Counted from the stretch's first letter, positions 46,274-55,858 are shown. The stretch is 64,000 bases of DNA from Clostridiales bacterium (GCA_004558525.1 SFCQ01000004.1:117742-181741); one strand, 5' to 3'. Made by a program: numbers and translations. Notes: generated by a model not told the origin, from the sequence alone.

Positions 46274-46855
46274 TCAACGTGGCTTCTCCGGCATTATCCG
46301 GCAGAAAAGCCTGCATAATACGGCTGCCGAAACAAAGCTTATCAGCGACGCTATGAACGTTGGCAGCACTATGGAGTATACGTCGCTTGAGCCAAAGGCG
46401 CTTCTGAGCGCTATGACCCCTGCGGGCAATATTTCAACGGAGGATGCGTTCAGCGCAAGGAACATGCACATGGCGTCGCTTGCGGTGGCTTTATAGCGGG
46501 CGCTTTTGCTAAGCTCCCTCATCGCCTCTATGCCAAAGGGGGTAGCCGCGCTGCCCGCGCCGAAAAAGTTTGCCGCAAGATTCAGCGTGATGGGCGCAAG
46601 CGCTTCGCCCGCATCGGGGAAAAGAAAGCCGAGCGGCTTTGCCATCCTTCGGGCAAGGCCGTCTATAAGCCCCGCCCTTTTTGCCGTATTCATAAGGCCG
46701 AGCCACAGCATATATGCGCCCGCGAGCGATATGCAAAGCGTGACCGCCTGGCAGGCGCCCTCCGTAAGCGCGTCCATAACGGCGGCTATATTGCCGTTTA
46801 TGGCTCCGTACGCTATGCCAACGGCTATCATCAGGGCAAAAACATAGCTCATCAT
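46274..46855 (-). CDS. spmA: Spore maturation protein A
   Basis: 193 aa. The MMSYVFALMI...G....A....G........A...G...A... start is typical of SpmA / nucleoside recognition domain proteins. Confidence 0.75.
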   Translation of the reverse strand: MMSYVFALMIAVGIAYGAINGNIAAVMDALTEGACQAVTLCISLAGAYMLWLGLMNTAKRAGLIDGLARRMAKPLGFLFPDAGEALAPITLNLAANFFGAGSAATPFGIEAMRELSKSARYKATASDAMCMFLALNASSVEILPAGVIALRSAFGSSDVYSIVLPTFIASLISFVSAAVLCRLFCRIMPEKPR

Positions 46856-46907
46856 AGCTTATTATGATTTGCGATACCGCAATGCCGCAGCTGAAAGCAT
46901 GGCTCGC

Positions 46908-48488
46908 TCAGCTTAAGAATATAAGCCTGTCGCCCTCGTGCAGCTTGCCGGAGGGCTGGTCCTGGCAGGCTGCCTCAAGCACGCTTTTTACGGGCAGAGA
47001 GTAGCGCTTTGCTATATCAAACGCCGTCTCGCCCTCCGAGGCGAAGTACATTATTACCTGGCGGCTTCTTTTTACCGGTTCGCACTCCGTCATGCCGGTA
47101 AGCACGTTAAGCTCGTTTACGCAGTAAGGCACGGCGGATATATCCAGCGCGCATTCAACATTGAGCGCGCCTTGCTCATTCGTTGCAAGCGATATGCTCG
47201 CGCTGAGGCATCTTACGCGTGCAAAGGCCGAGTCGCAGTCCTGCCCCTGGTACTGTGTTTCGCAAAGGAAGGGTACCTCCGCAGGGAAGGAAAGCACAGC
47301 GCCGGAGGCCGTCCTCAGCGCGCAGCGCATGAATATAACGCCTTCAACGCTCAAAACCGAGCTTTTGACATAAGCGTTAGTGACATACGGCATGGCAAAG
47401 CAGCATATGACGGCATTTGCAGAGGGCGAGTTTTCCGGGAGCTGTACCGTTTCGTTTACCGTGCAGCGGAAGTTCTTCCTTTTAAGGCGGCAAATGACGC
47501 AGGTTGGCTCAAGCACGCTGACAAAGGCCTCTTTCGGGATAAATGCGTCTGACGGCACGCACAGCGCGGTCTGCTCGCTTGAAAATACTTCTGCCGAAAG
47601 CACGGCTTTTACCAAACCCATGCCGCTTGAAGCGTCAAGCGGCCTTACGTCTATGTCATTAACGTTTACGAATGCGAACGTGTCTCCCGCAGCTCTTTCG
47701 TCAAGGTCAGCCTCTATTGAGAAGGGGAGCTGCATAATATGGCTCATTATCCCGCCGCCAGAAAGCATTATAAGCTTTATCATCAGCTGGCCTTCTATCA
47801 TCGCGGTGTCTGAGCCTGTGTTAACGTCGCGCACGAAGGCTTCTCCCGTGGCGAATATCGGCTCCGCGCCGGCAGGCAGCGCGGCCTCGGCTTCAAAGGC
47901 TGTTTCGGATGAGCCTATCGCTTTTTCGTTGAATGTCAGCAGGTCGGTGCGCATGAATTCGCATTGCGCCCCGGCTATGCCGTCAAGCGCGCGCACAGGC
48001 TCCGCCATAAATGCGCTACACTCAAGCTGAACGGCGGCTTCCACGGTAAGCTCCATGCCGCTTCTAAGCTCGATGGATACCACGTCCGCGCTAACCTCGG
48101 CGCGCATGCCCTCGTGTACGGCGTCCATGGCAACGTTGTATTTGAATGCGGCGGAGGAGGTGAAGGCGCCGCCTCTTTCGCTCTGTGCCTGCTCAGCCCG
48201 TTCAGCCTCGGCCTGCTCGCCGTCTGCGCCGCCATCGCTGCCTGAGGAGGGCAGCGCCGCCGCCATGCTCTCGCGGCAGATAACGTTTACGCTTAGCCTG
48301 CCCTCTACGCATATCATGCCCTCTGCGGCGGTGGCCTTGGTAACGCTTGCCGAGGCGGAGCAGCACACAATTTCGGTATCGCTGAGCCTTCGCCCCGCAG
48401 GCAGCGGAAGCGCACCCTCAATAGAGGTCTGCGCGCTGGTCCTGGCCACCATCCGTTCTATGTTCATATCGCCAAAATGGAATTCCAT
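46908..48488 (-). CDS. DUF3794-like repeat protein with a C-terminal LysM domain (SipL/SpoVID-like spore morphogenetic candidate)
   Basis: 526 aa. The C-terminus YFASEGETAFDIAKRYSLPVKSVLEA...LHEGDRLIFL is a LysM fold. Size and architecture resemble clostridial SipL (from memory), and the gene is adjacent to spmAB. Confidence 0.55.
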   Translation of the reverse strand: MEFHFGDMNIERMVARTSAQTSIEGALPLPAGRRLSDTEIVCCSASASVTKATAAEGMICVEGRLSVNVICRESMAAALPSSGSDGGADGEQAEAERAEQAQSERGGAFTSSAAFKYNVAMDAVHEGMRAEVSADVVSIELRSGMELTVEAAVQLECSAFMAEPVRALDGIAGAQCEFMRTDLLTFNEKAIGSSETAFEAEAALPAGAEPIFATGEAFVRDVNTGSDTAMIEGQLMIKLIMLSGGGIMSHIMQLPFSIEADLDERAAGDTFAFVNVNDIDVRPLDASSGMGLVKAVLSAEVFSSEQTALCVPSDAFIPKEAFVSVLEPTCVICRLKRKNFRCTVNETVQLPENSPSANAVICCFAMPYVTNAYVKSSVLSVEGVIFMRCALRTASGAVLSFPAEVPFLCETQYQGQDCDSAFARVRCLSASISLATNEQGALNVECALDISAVPYCVNELNVLTGMTECEPVKRSRQVIMYFASEGETAFDIAKRYSLPVKSVLEAACQDQPSGKLHEGDRLIFLS

Positions 48489-48613
48489 TTATCCAAAGCT
48501 CCTTTCAACGCTAATATTCACCATAAATATATTTGAGGGCTTGCTTTTATATGACGGTGGTTTGCATTATAATGCCGACAATAAATCAGCATAAAAGTAA
48601 TTGCATAAATTTG

Positions 48614-48643
48614 TTGACAGATAAACCTTGCTTAGAGTATACT
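48614..48643 (+). promoter_or_regulatory. Candidate promoter of the tRNA cluster (TTGACA-N18-TATACT)
   Basis: Hexamers at 48614-48619 and 48638-48643, about 20 nt upstream of the first tRNA. Confidence 0.5.
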
Positions 48644-48665
48644 ATCTAATGCGGTTGGCGCATCT

Positions 48666-48741
48666 GGGAGCATAGCTCAGCTGGGAGAGCACTTGCCTTA
48701 CAAGCAAGGGGTCACAGGTTCGAGCCCTGTTGTTCCCACCA
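48666..48741 (+). tRNA. tRNA-Val (anticodon TAC)
   Basis: I folded the cloverleaf by hand: acceptor GGGAGCA/TGTTCCC, anticodon stem CTTGC/GCAAG, loop CTTACAA, T-loop GGTTCGAGCC, encoded CCA. Confidence 0.93.
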
Positions 48742-48774
48742 TAGCACATTATGGTGCATGGCGCAGCCGTGTAT

Positions 48775-48851
48775 GGCCCGGTGGTGCAGTTGGTTAGCAC
48801 GTCAGCCTGTCACGCTGAAGGTCAGGGGTTCGAGCCCCCTTCGGGTCGCCA
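48775..48851 (+). tRNA. tRNA-Asp (anticodon GTC)
   Basis: Anticodon stem TCAGC/GCTGA, loop CTGTCAC, T-arm AGGGGTTCGAGCCCCCT, encoded CCA. Confidence 0.92.
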
Positions 48852-48856
48852 AGCCT

Positions 48857-48932
48857 GCCTCGGTAGCTCAGCTGGTAGAGCAAGGGACTGAAAATCCCTG
48901 TGTCGGTGGTTCGACTCCACTCTGAGGCACCA
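48857..48932 (+). tRNA. tRNA-Phe (anticodon GAA)
   Basis: GCCTCGGTAGCTCAGCTGGTAGAGCA..., anticodon stem AGGGA/TCCCT, loop CTGAAAA, encoded CCA. Confidence 0.93.
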
Positions 48933-48939
48933 AGCTTAT

Positions 48940-49015
48940 GCGGGAATAGCTCATTTGGTAGAGCGCTGCCTTGCCAAGGCAGAGGTGGCGGGTTCGAGCC
49001 CCGTTTCCCGCTCCA
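48940..49015 (+). tRNA. tRNA-Gly (anticodon GCC)
   Basis: Acceptor GCGGGAA/TTCCCGC, anticodon stem CTGCC/GGCAG, loop TTGCCAA, encoded CCA. Confidence 0.93.
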
Positions 49016-49018
49016 TAT

Positions 49019-49093
<75 letters not shown>

Positions 49094-49127
49094 AAGCCCC
49101 AAGGACGCAAGCCTTTGGGGCTTCTTA
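49094..49127 (+). terminator. Hairpin after the tRNA cluster
   Basis: AAGCCCCAAGG-ACGCAA-GCCTTTGGGGCTT followed by a weak T-rich tail. Confidence 0.5.
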
Positions 49128-49187
49128 TATTCTAAAACCCTGCGGCGGAAATTCAGGGTACAAAAAAAGCCAGATTTCTCCGGCTCT

Positions 49188-49354
49188 CAGAGTGTCAAAA
49201 AAGTGGCTGGTCGCCACTTTTTTGAGTTTTCACAGGTTTTGCCTCTCGCATTAGCTCCCGGGCGGCAAAACCTGCAAAGTACGATGTCGTCAGAGCCGGA
49301 TTGAACATAAGGGGCTGCGGCCCCTTATCAACCCAGGGGTTTTTTGACAGACTG
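49188..49354 (+). mobile_element. Family-1 structured repeat, complete-ended copy with an internal ~35-bp deletion
   Basis: Termini are CAGAGTGTCAAAAAA ... TTTTTTGACAGACTG (13/15 inverted repeat), and the internal hairpins are shared with 62369-62572. It is flanked by AAAGCCAGATTTCTCCGGCTCT (49166-49187) and AAAGCCCGATTTCTCGGGCTCT (49355-49376). Confidence 0.8.
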
Positions 49355-49391
49355 AAAGCCCGATTTCTCGGGCTCTGATAATGATTCTTCC

Positions 49392-49736
49392 TTATTCCTT
49401 CGTAAAGGTTCCGCTTATGCCCATGCCGGCGTTGTCGTTCATGGTCAGGCTGTCGCCGTCAACGGAGAAGGTGTATACCTTTGCCTCATCCCAAAGCTCC
49501 AGCTTTACGGTCATCTGGTCGCCCTCAATGGTGTAAGTTCCATCCTGCTCCATATAGGTGTTTTTCATGGAGCATTTGCCGCTGCCGTTAAACTCCCAGG
49601 TAACAACACCGTCGGCGCCAAGGTCAGCCGTCCATTTTCCGGCAACAGCGTCCTTGCTGCCGCAGGCAACCATAGCAAGCGCTATAGCTATAACGAGAGT
49701 CATTGCGGCAAGCGTCTTAAAAATGTTTTTCTTCAT
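49392..49736 (-). CDS. Small lipoprotein (lipocalin-like beta protein of unknown function)
   Basis: 114 aa with a MKKNIFKTLAAMTLVIAIALAMVAC lipobox; the remainder is beta-strand-rich. Confidence 0.65.
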   Translation of the reverse strand: MKKNIFKTLAAMTLVIAIALAMVACGSKDAVAGKWTADLGADGVVTWEFNGSGKCSMKNTYMEQDGTYTIEGDQMTVKLELWDEAKVYTFSVDGDSLTMNDNAGMGISGTFTKE

Positions 49737-50059
49737 AGTGATATCCTTTCAAAAGCAGTATTTGACCCTGCGCGGCGCATGTGAAGGGAATATATGTAAG
49801 GCCGCGATTAGGATCATAGAAAGTATATCAAACAAGAAGGGGTTTAGCAAGGAGGGCGCCCATGCAGAAGGGGAGGGCAAAAAAGCCCCAGCTATCTGGC
49901 TTTTTCGGGCAACGGACAGGACGCAGGGAGAAAGTATTTACAATTACTTCACAGGTTTTATACCCGGCCAGGCCCATACGGCAAGGCCTGTATAAAGAAA
50001 AAGCGTGCAGCGGCTTTTTTATGCTATAATTAGCTATCATTTAATACCGGAGACGGCAT

Positions 50060-50902
50060 ATGGACAAACTGCTAATAATAGATGGCAGCAACCTGCTCTT
50101 TCAGATGTATTACGGCATGCCGGCGAGGATATTCGCAAAGGACGGCAGGCCTATACACGGCACAATAGGCTTTGTCGGCGCGCTCATAAGGGTAATACGC
50201 TCGATAAAGCCGACGCACGCCGCAGCCATATTCGATGGCGAGAACCCAAGCGAAAGAAGCGCGCTGTACGGCATGTACAAGGCCAACAGAACGGATTACA
50301 GCGGCATGAAGGTCGAGGATACGCCCTTTTCCCAGCTTAAGGACATATATTCTGCGCTTGATGCATTGAACATAAAGCATGCCGAAACCTGCGGCTGCGA
50401 AACGGACGACATAATAGCCGCATATGCGCACAGATACGGCGAGGCGTGTGAAATAGTAATAATGTCATTTGACAGCGATTATTTTCAGCTCATAACAAAG
50501 AACGTTACCGTGCTTAGATACAGGGGAAAGAACACGACCCTATGCACCGAAGAGTATATATTGGAGAAATACGGCATAAGGCCAGGCGACTATGCCGATT
50601 TTAAGTCGCTTACGGGGGACAGTGCGGATAACATTAAGGGAGCCTGTAAGGTAGGCCCTAAAACCGCGGCGGAGCTTATAAACAGCTTTGGCGGCATAGA
50701 AGACATAATAGCCGCGGCGGATATGATAAAAAAGCCATCCATAAGGGAATCGATAATAAAAAGCGGCGAAAGGCTAAAGCTCAACAAAAGGCTTATCAGG
50801 CTTGACGGCGGCCATGCGCTGCCGTTTGAAAAAGAAGCCCTCGTCTTTCATGACATGGGTCAAACAAGCACCCGGCTGTTAAAAGAGCTTGGCGTATTAT
50901 AA
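50060..50902 (+). CDS. 5'-3' exonuclease / flap endonuclease (Pol I N-terminal domain homologue)
   Basis: 280 aa with LLIIDGSNLLFQ, ...FD....R...Y..YKA.R..., ...E.DD.IA... and the H3TH LTGDSADNI.G...VGPKTA..L. Confidence 0.88.
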   Translation: MDKLLIIDGSNLLFQMYYGMPARIFAKDGRPIHGTIGFVGALIRVIRSIKPTHAAAIFDGENPSERSALYGMYKANRTDYSGMKVEDTPFSQLKDIYSALDALNIKHAETCGCETDDIIAAYAHRYGEACEIVIMSFDSDYFQLITKNVTVLRYRGKNTTLCTEEYILEKYGIRPGDYADFKSLTGDSADNIKGACKVGPKTAAELINSFGGIEDIIAAADMIKKPSIRESIIKSGERLKLNKRLIRLDGGHALPFEKEALVFHDMGQTSTRLLKELGVL

Positions 50903-50918
50903 TTATAGTATAGTTTGC

Positions 50919-50967
50919 AGAATGTCAAAAAAAGTGGCTATTCGCCACTTTTTCGAGCTTTCACAGG
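50919..50967 (+). repeat. Family-1 repeat, left-end fragment (terminal repeat plus first hairpin) acting as a terminator between convergent genes
   Basis: AGAATGTCAAAAAAAGTGGC-TATTC-GCCACTTTTTCGAGCTTTCACAGG. Confidence 0.8.
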
Positions 50968-50978
50968 CTGTAGTTTAT

Positions 50979-51803
50979 TCATTGCTTATTCGGGAACACT
51001 ATGCCGGTAAGCTCGCAAAAGCTGTGTATAACATAGTCCGGCTTTATGTCGTTGCGCTCAAGGTGCCTGGCCAAAGCCTTCTCCCTTTCGTAATCCTCAG
51101 GCAGCCAGCTCGTTATCTTGAGCAGCTTTTCGGAGTAGTCGTTATCCTCCCTGAAATAATTGGCCCAAACTGCCGTAACGCCCGCCGCCTTGGCCATATA
51201 AACGTCCTTTGTAAGGCTGTCGCCAACGTATACGACCTCGCCGGGGAGGTAGCCCTCCCTTTGGCATATGCCGCTTAGCAGCTCAACGTCCGGCTTGCGC
51301 CTGTGTACGGGTATCACCTTTTCGTTTGCCGCGTAGCTGCTTTGGAAGCCGCTTTCAAACGCGTATATATGCTTGAAGTACTTTTCCACGCCAAGCTTTT
51401 GCAGCCGGTATACGCCTGTTTCCTGCGATGATTCCGTGTAGCCTATAAGCGTTATGCCGTTGTTGTAAAGCGTATCGAGGGTGGCCTCCGCCCCGCTGAA
51501 AAGGTGGAGGTGGCTGTTGCGTATTGAGTTGAATTTCTGGAAAGCGGGCCTGAACACCTGCTTTAGCTCATCGTCGCTCAGCTTGGGATACTTTTTGCGT
51601 ATGGAAGGCAGCTGCAAGGTGGCATAGGGGTATTCCACCGAGCCCAGGCGCTGATGCGTCATGCGGTATTCGTCAAGAAGCGCGTCCTCGTCTATGCCTG
51701 TAATGGCCGCTATCTCATCGGCCATTGCATAGAATGCGGGCACAAAAAAACCGGACCAATCATATATAGTATCGTCAAGATCGCTGACAAGCAGTTTTAT
51801 CAT
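50979..51803 (-). CDS. HAD-superfamily hydrolase
   Basis: I trimmed the start to MIKLLVSDLDDTIYDW (motif I DxDxT); ...VGDS..KD... is motif IV. Confidence 0.8.
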   Translation of the reverse strand: MIKLLVSDLDDTIYDWSGFFVPAFYAMADEIAAITGIDEDALLDEYRMTHQRLGSVEYPYATLQLPSIRKKYPKLSDDELKQVFRPAFQKFNSIRNSHLHLFSGAEATLDTLYNNGITLIGYTESSQETGVYRLQKLGVEKYFKHIYAFESGFQSSYAANEKVIPVHRRKPDVELLSGICQREGYLPGEVVYVGDSLTKDVYMAKAAGVTAVWANYFREDNDYSEKLLKITSWLPEDYEREKALARHLERNDIKPDYVIHSFCELTGIVFPNKQ

Positions 51804-52035
51804 ACAAGCCCCCAAAAATGCAGCAATAGTGTAGCTTGCATATTACAATATAGCGCAGGCAAAGTCAACACGTTAAATAGCGAAGCGATACGGACCCGCC
51901 GTGCTTAATTGTATTGCAAGTTGATGTAAAACATTGTACAATAATGTCAAAGCGCTATTGTGGCGGTATACCGCTCGTCGGCTTGCATAAAGGCAGGTTA
52001 TCTTGAGGTGCGGAGCCGCGGAAAGGGGAGCGGAA

Positions 52036-52785
52036 GTGTTCGATCTGCAAAAGGCAAGCTTTTTGAAGAGGGCTTCGGCATTTCTTTTTGACGGGATACT
52101 TATAGGCGTATTGGCCGTCGGTTTCGGCTTCCTGCTCTCTTTGCTGCTCAATTATGACGGCAGCTATGCGCGGCTTTCGGGCCTGTATGATAAGTATGAG
52201 CAGAAGTACCGGATAAGCTTTGATATAGCTGACGGGGATTATGCCGCTTTAGATGAAGAAACGCTTGAAAGATACGAAAAAGCTTATTCCGAGCTTAATG
52301 CCGACGGCGAGGCTAACGCCGCTTTTTCAATGGTGGTGTATCTGTCGCTTATAATAATCACCTTCGGCGTGCTGCTTGCGTATATGGCGCTTGAGTTCGT
52401 GGTTCCGCTATTTCTTAAAAACGGGCAGACGCTGGGTAAAAAAATATTCGGCATCGCCGTCATGAGGACGGACGGCATACGCATATCACCTCTTATCCTT
52501 CTTATAAGAACACTTTTGGGAAAATATACGATAGAGACAATGACCCCCATACTTGTTGTATTTTTAACGGTATTCGCGGGGCTTGGATATATTGGATTGG
52601 TCGCGCTTGCGGGGCTTGCGCTGCTGCAAATACTGCTTATGGCATTCACAAAGACCAATTCCGCAATACATGACGTGCTTGCGCGCACGGTGGTCGTGGA
52701 TCTTGCGAGCCAGATGATATTTGACGACGAGCAGCACAAGCGGCAAAAGCTTGAAGAATACGCCAGCTATAACCCGTACGGCTGA
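52036..52785 (+). CDS. RDD-family membrane protein
   Basis: I prefer the GTG start at 52036 after GGGGAG. ...KRASAFLFDGILIG... and ...GQTLGKKIFGIAVMRTDG... are RDD domain motifs. Confidence 0.75.
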   Translation: MFDLQKASFLKRASAFLFDGILIGVLAVGFGFLLSLLLNYDGSYARLSGLYDKYEQKYRISFDIADGDYAALDEETLERYEKAYSELNADGEANAAFSMVVYLSLIIITFGVLLAYMALEFVVPLFLKNGQTLGKKIFGIAVMRTDGIRISPLILLIRTLLGKYTIETMTPILVVFLTVFAGLGYIGLVALAGLALLQILLMAFTKTNSAIHDVLARTVVVDLASQMIFDDEQHKRQKLEEYASYNPYG

Positions 52786-52870
52786 TACGGCCGGAGCCTG
52801 ACCCGCTGAGCTTAAGCGTTAAAAACAATAACAATAAATCAAAAAATAAGAAGCAAGGAAAAGAGAGCGT

Positions 52871-53974
52871 ATGAAAGTCGAATTGCGAAACATAACAAAG
52901 GTTTTTCCGGGGCGCAGCAAAAAGCAGAACGAAGAGGTGGTTGCGGTAGATAACTGCAGCATAACCATACCGGACGGTAAGCTTATAGGCCTGCTTGGGC
53001 CCTCCGGCTGCGGCAAAAGCACCACGCTTTATATGATATGCGGCCTGCAAAAGCCAACAAAGGGCCAGATATTCTTTGGCGAGGACGATGTTACGGAGCT
53101 TGCGCCGGAAAACAGGGGCGTCGGGCTGGTGTTCCAGAACTATGCGCTTTATCCGCATCTCACAGTAAAGCAGAACATACTTTTCCCGCTTCAAAACCTT
53201 AAGGGGGAGGACAGGCCCTCCAAGGAGGAGATGCTCAAAAGGGCGTATGAAACGGCAAAACTCGTGCAGATAAGCGAGCTTATGGACAGGAAGCCGAGCG
53301 AGCTTTCCGGCGGCCAGCAGCAGCGCGTGGCGATAGCGCGCGCGCTCGTTAAGATGCCCAGGGTGCTGCTGCTTGACGAGCCTCTTTCCAACCTTGACGC
53401 AAGGCTCAGGCTGCAAACAAGGGAGGAGATACGCCGTATACAGCGCGAAACGAAAATAACCACCGTGTTCGTTACCCACGACCAGGACGAGGCCATGAGC
53501 ATTTCCGACTATATAGTGGTTATGAAGCAGGGCGTGGTGCAGCAGATAGGCAAGCCGCAGGAGGTATATGACGATCCGGACAATCTGTTCGTAGCCAAAT
53601 TCCTCGGCACGCCGCCTATAAACGTGTTCAGCGGGCATATAAAGGACAATACGGTATTCATCGGCGGCGAGGGCGTGCTCAGGACCAAGTCCGCTCCGGA
53701 CGGCGAGGTATATATAGGCGTGCGTCCTGAAGGGTTCATACTTAACGATAGCGGCGCGCTTGGCTGCGAGCTGAGCAGGATAGAGGTAATGGGCAGGGAC
53801 ATGAGCATAATTTCAAAGAACGATGCTTCTGTAAACGAGACTATACGTTCAATAATAAATTCCGATATAAAGGCCGATCCGGGCGCAAAGACCGTCCGCT
53901 TCGACATAAAGCCGCACAAGCTGTTCTTATTCGATAAGGAAAGCGAAAAGCGGATACGCTTTGAGGTGGAATAA
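52871..53974 (+). CDS. Carbohydrate-type ABC transporter ATP-binding protein (MalK/UgpC/MsmX-like)
   Basis: 367 aa with Walker A GPSGCGKST, signature LSGGQQQRVAIARAL, Walker B LLLDEPLSNLD and a C-terminal TOBE-like regulatory domain. Confidence 0.93.
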   Translation: MKVELRNITKVFPGRSKKQNEEVVAVDNCSITIPDGKLIGLLGPSGCGKSTTLYMICGLQKPTKGQIFFGEDDVTELAPENRGVGLVFQNYALYPHLTVKQNILFPLQNLKGEDRPSKEEMLKRAYETAKLVQISELMDRKPSELSGGQQQRVAIARALVKMPRVLLLDEPLSNLDARLRLQTREEIRRIQRETKITTVFVTHDQDEAMSISDYIVVMKQGVVQQIGKPQEVYDDPDNLFVAKFLGTPPINVFSGHIKDNTVFIGGEGVLRTKSAPDGEVYIGVRPEGFILNDSGALGCELSRIEVMGRDMSIISKNDASVNETIRSIINSDIKADPGAKTVRFDIKPHKLFLFDKESEKRIRFEVE

Positions 53975-53975
53975 A

Positions 53976-54920
53976 ATGGTAGAAAGCAAGCAGAAGTGGA
54001 AGGCGTGGCTGTATCTGGCCCCGGCAATAGCCTTGCTGCTGGTGTTTACGGTATGGCCGATAATAAACACGGTGCGCATGGCGTTCCTTGAAGGGTACAG
54101 GGGGCTTGAGGCGGCAAACGGGCAAACCTTCCAAATAGGCGTAGAGAACTTTGTAAAGGTAGTAAAGTATAAAAGGTTCCTCAGCTGCCTTAAGAATACG
54201 GTGCTGCTGTGCGTGCTTACCGTGCCCATATCCAGCTTTTTGGCGCTGCTGGTGGCGGTGTTCCTCAATTCGATAAAGTGGCTGCAAAAGCCGCTGCAAA
54301 CGGTGTTCTTTTTGCCGTATGTAACGAACTCTATCGCAATAGGCATGGTGTTTGCCGCAATGTTCAATATCGTAGGCAGCTTTTACGGCACCGAAAATGA
54401 GATAGTGGTAACGGCCGGCATAATAAACAACATAATAGAGTTCTTTGGCGGCAAGGCCATAAACTGGATAAACTACGGCTCATCCTACATAGCCAACATA
54501 ACCGTTATGGTAATATACATCGTGTGGAACGCGCTGCCGTTTAAGATACTTATTCTGCTTGGCGGGCTGCAAAGCATAAACAAGCAGTATTATGAGGCCG
54601 CCAAGGTGGACGGTACGTCAAGAACAAGGATATTCACAAGGATAACCGTGCCGCTGCTTTCGCCAATGCTGGCGTATGTCGTCATAACCGGCTTTATAGG
54701 CGGGTTCAAGGAATACACCAGTATAATCGGCATATTCGGCGAATCCATGGGCCCGGCCGACGATGCCGGCAGGCTCAACACCATGGTCGGCTTTATATAC
54801 GACGCTATAGAAAGCAACAACCAGGGCAGGGCGAGCGCGGCAGCGCTTATACTGTTCGTGATAATTCTTGCGGTAACGCTCATCAATTTGCAGGTAAGCA
54901 AAAAGAGCGTGCATTATTGA
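53976..54920 (+). CDS. Carbohydrate ABC transporter permease (MalF/UgpA-like)
   Basis: I trimmed the start to MVESKQKWKAWLYLAP. The EAA loop is YYEAAKVDGTSRTRIFTRITVPLLSP. Confidence 0.9.
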   Translation: MVESKQKWKAWLYLAPAIALLLVFTVWPIINTVRMAFLEGYRGLEAANGQTFQIGVENFVKVVKYKRFLSCLKNTVLLCVLTVPISSFLALLVAVFLNSIKWLQKPLQTVFFLPYVTNSIAIGMVFAAMFNIVGSFYGTENEIVVTAGIINNIIEFFGGKAINWINYGSSYIANITVMVIYIVWNALPFKILILLGGLQSINKQYYEAAKVDGTSRTRIFTRITVPLLSPMLAYVVITGFIGGFKEYTSIIGIFGESMGPADDAGRLNTMVGFIYDAIESNNQGRASAAALILFVIILAVTLINLQVSKKSVHY

Positions 54921-54928
54921 GGTGTACT

Positions 54929-55816
54929 ATGGACGGCATTAAAGTTATGCGGGAGCGCGATATAGGCTCCGCCCGTTCGCACCAGAGGATAGTAGGAATA
55001 GCGGCGCAGGCGTTTTGCTATCTGTTCCTCATATTCATGGCGCTGGTGGTGCTTTTCCCGTTTTATTGGATGATAAACTCCTCGTTGAAGAGCCTTGCCG
55101 AATATAAGCAAAGCGTGCCCACGTTTTGGCCAAACAAGGTGCTTTGGAGCAACTATGCCGAGGCGTTCAGCTCGGCAAGCCTTGGCAGGCTGTTCCTTAA
55201 CACGGCATACGTCGGCATAGTGTCCACCCTGCTTTCGCTGGTCATAACCATACTTTCTGCATTCGCGTTTGCAAGGCTTGAATTCAGGGGCAAGGATCTT
55301 CTGTTTTCGGCTCTGCTCGCTACTATGATGATACCGGGCGAGCTTTTCACCATAACCAATTACAGCACGGTCACCATGCTCGGCTGGAGGAACACATACA
55401 CGGTGCTTATCGTGCCCTTCCTCGTCAGCGTATTCTATATCTATCTTTTAAGGCAGAACTTTTTGCAGATACCCAACGAGCTTTATCTTGCCGCCAAGGT
55501 GGACGGTACGAGCGACTTCAAATATCTGTGCAAGGTGATGATACCGCTTTCTCTGCCTACGCTTATATCGATAACCATATTAAAGATGATGGGCGCGTGG
55601 AACTCCTACATATGGCCGAGGCTCGTGGCCAACGATGAAGCGCACAGGCTCATAACAAACGGACTTAGGAACGCGTTTACGGATACTACGGGCGATGTTA
55701 ATTATCCCGTGCAGATGGCGGCTGTCGCGCTCGTGTCGGCGCCGCTGTTCCTGGTGTTCGTGTTCCTGCGCAAATATATAATGAAGGGCGTTAGCCGAAG
55801 CGGCATAAAAGGTTAG
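54929..55816 (+). CDS. Carbohydrate ABC transporter permease (MalG/UgpE-like)
   Basis: The EAA loop is LYLAAKVDGTSDFKYLCKVMIPLSLP. Confidence 0.9.
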   Translation: MDGIKVMRERDIGSARSHQRIVGIAAQAFCYLFLIFMALVVLFPFYWMINSSLKSLAEYKQSVPTFWPNKVLWSNYAEAFSSASLGRLFLNTAYVGIVSTLLSLVITILSAFAFARLEFRGKDLLFSALLATMMIPGELFTITNYSTVTMLGWRNTYTVLIVPFLVSVFYIYLLRQNFLQIPNELYLAAKVDGTSDFKYLCKVMIPLSLPTLISITILKMMGAWNSYIWPRLVANDEAHRLITNGLRNAFTDTTGDVNYPVQMAAVALVSAPLFLVFVFLRKYIMKGVSRSGIKG

Positions 55817-55858
55817 CCAACCATATATGACAAACAAAGAAAGGTAAGGAAAACACAA

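Noticed and set aside
52646-53638. 330-aa minus-strand ORF antisense to the ABC ATPase gene.
   Set aside because: The plus strand carries unmistakable Walker A/B and signature motifs. The antisense product has the skewed Leu/Arg/His/Tyr composition typical of shadow ORFs. The same reasoning applies to 22202-23101, 12472-13248, 9166-9705, 6476-7036, 18852-19571, 21386-22009, 55580-56281 and 61249-61893.
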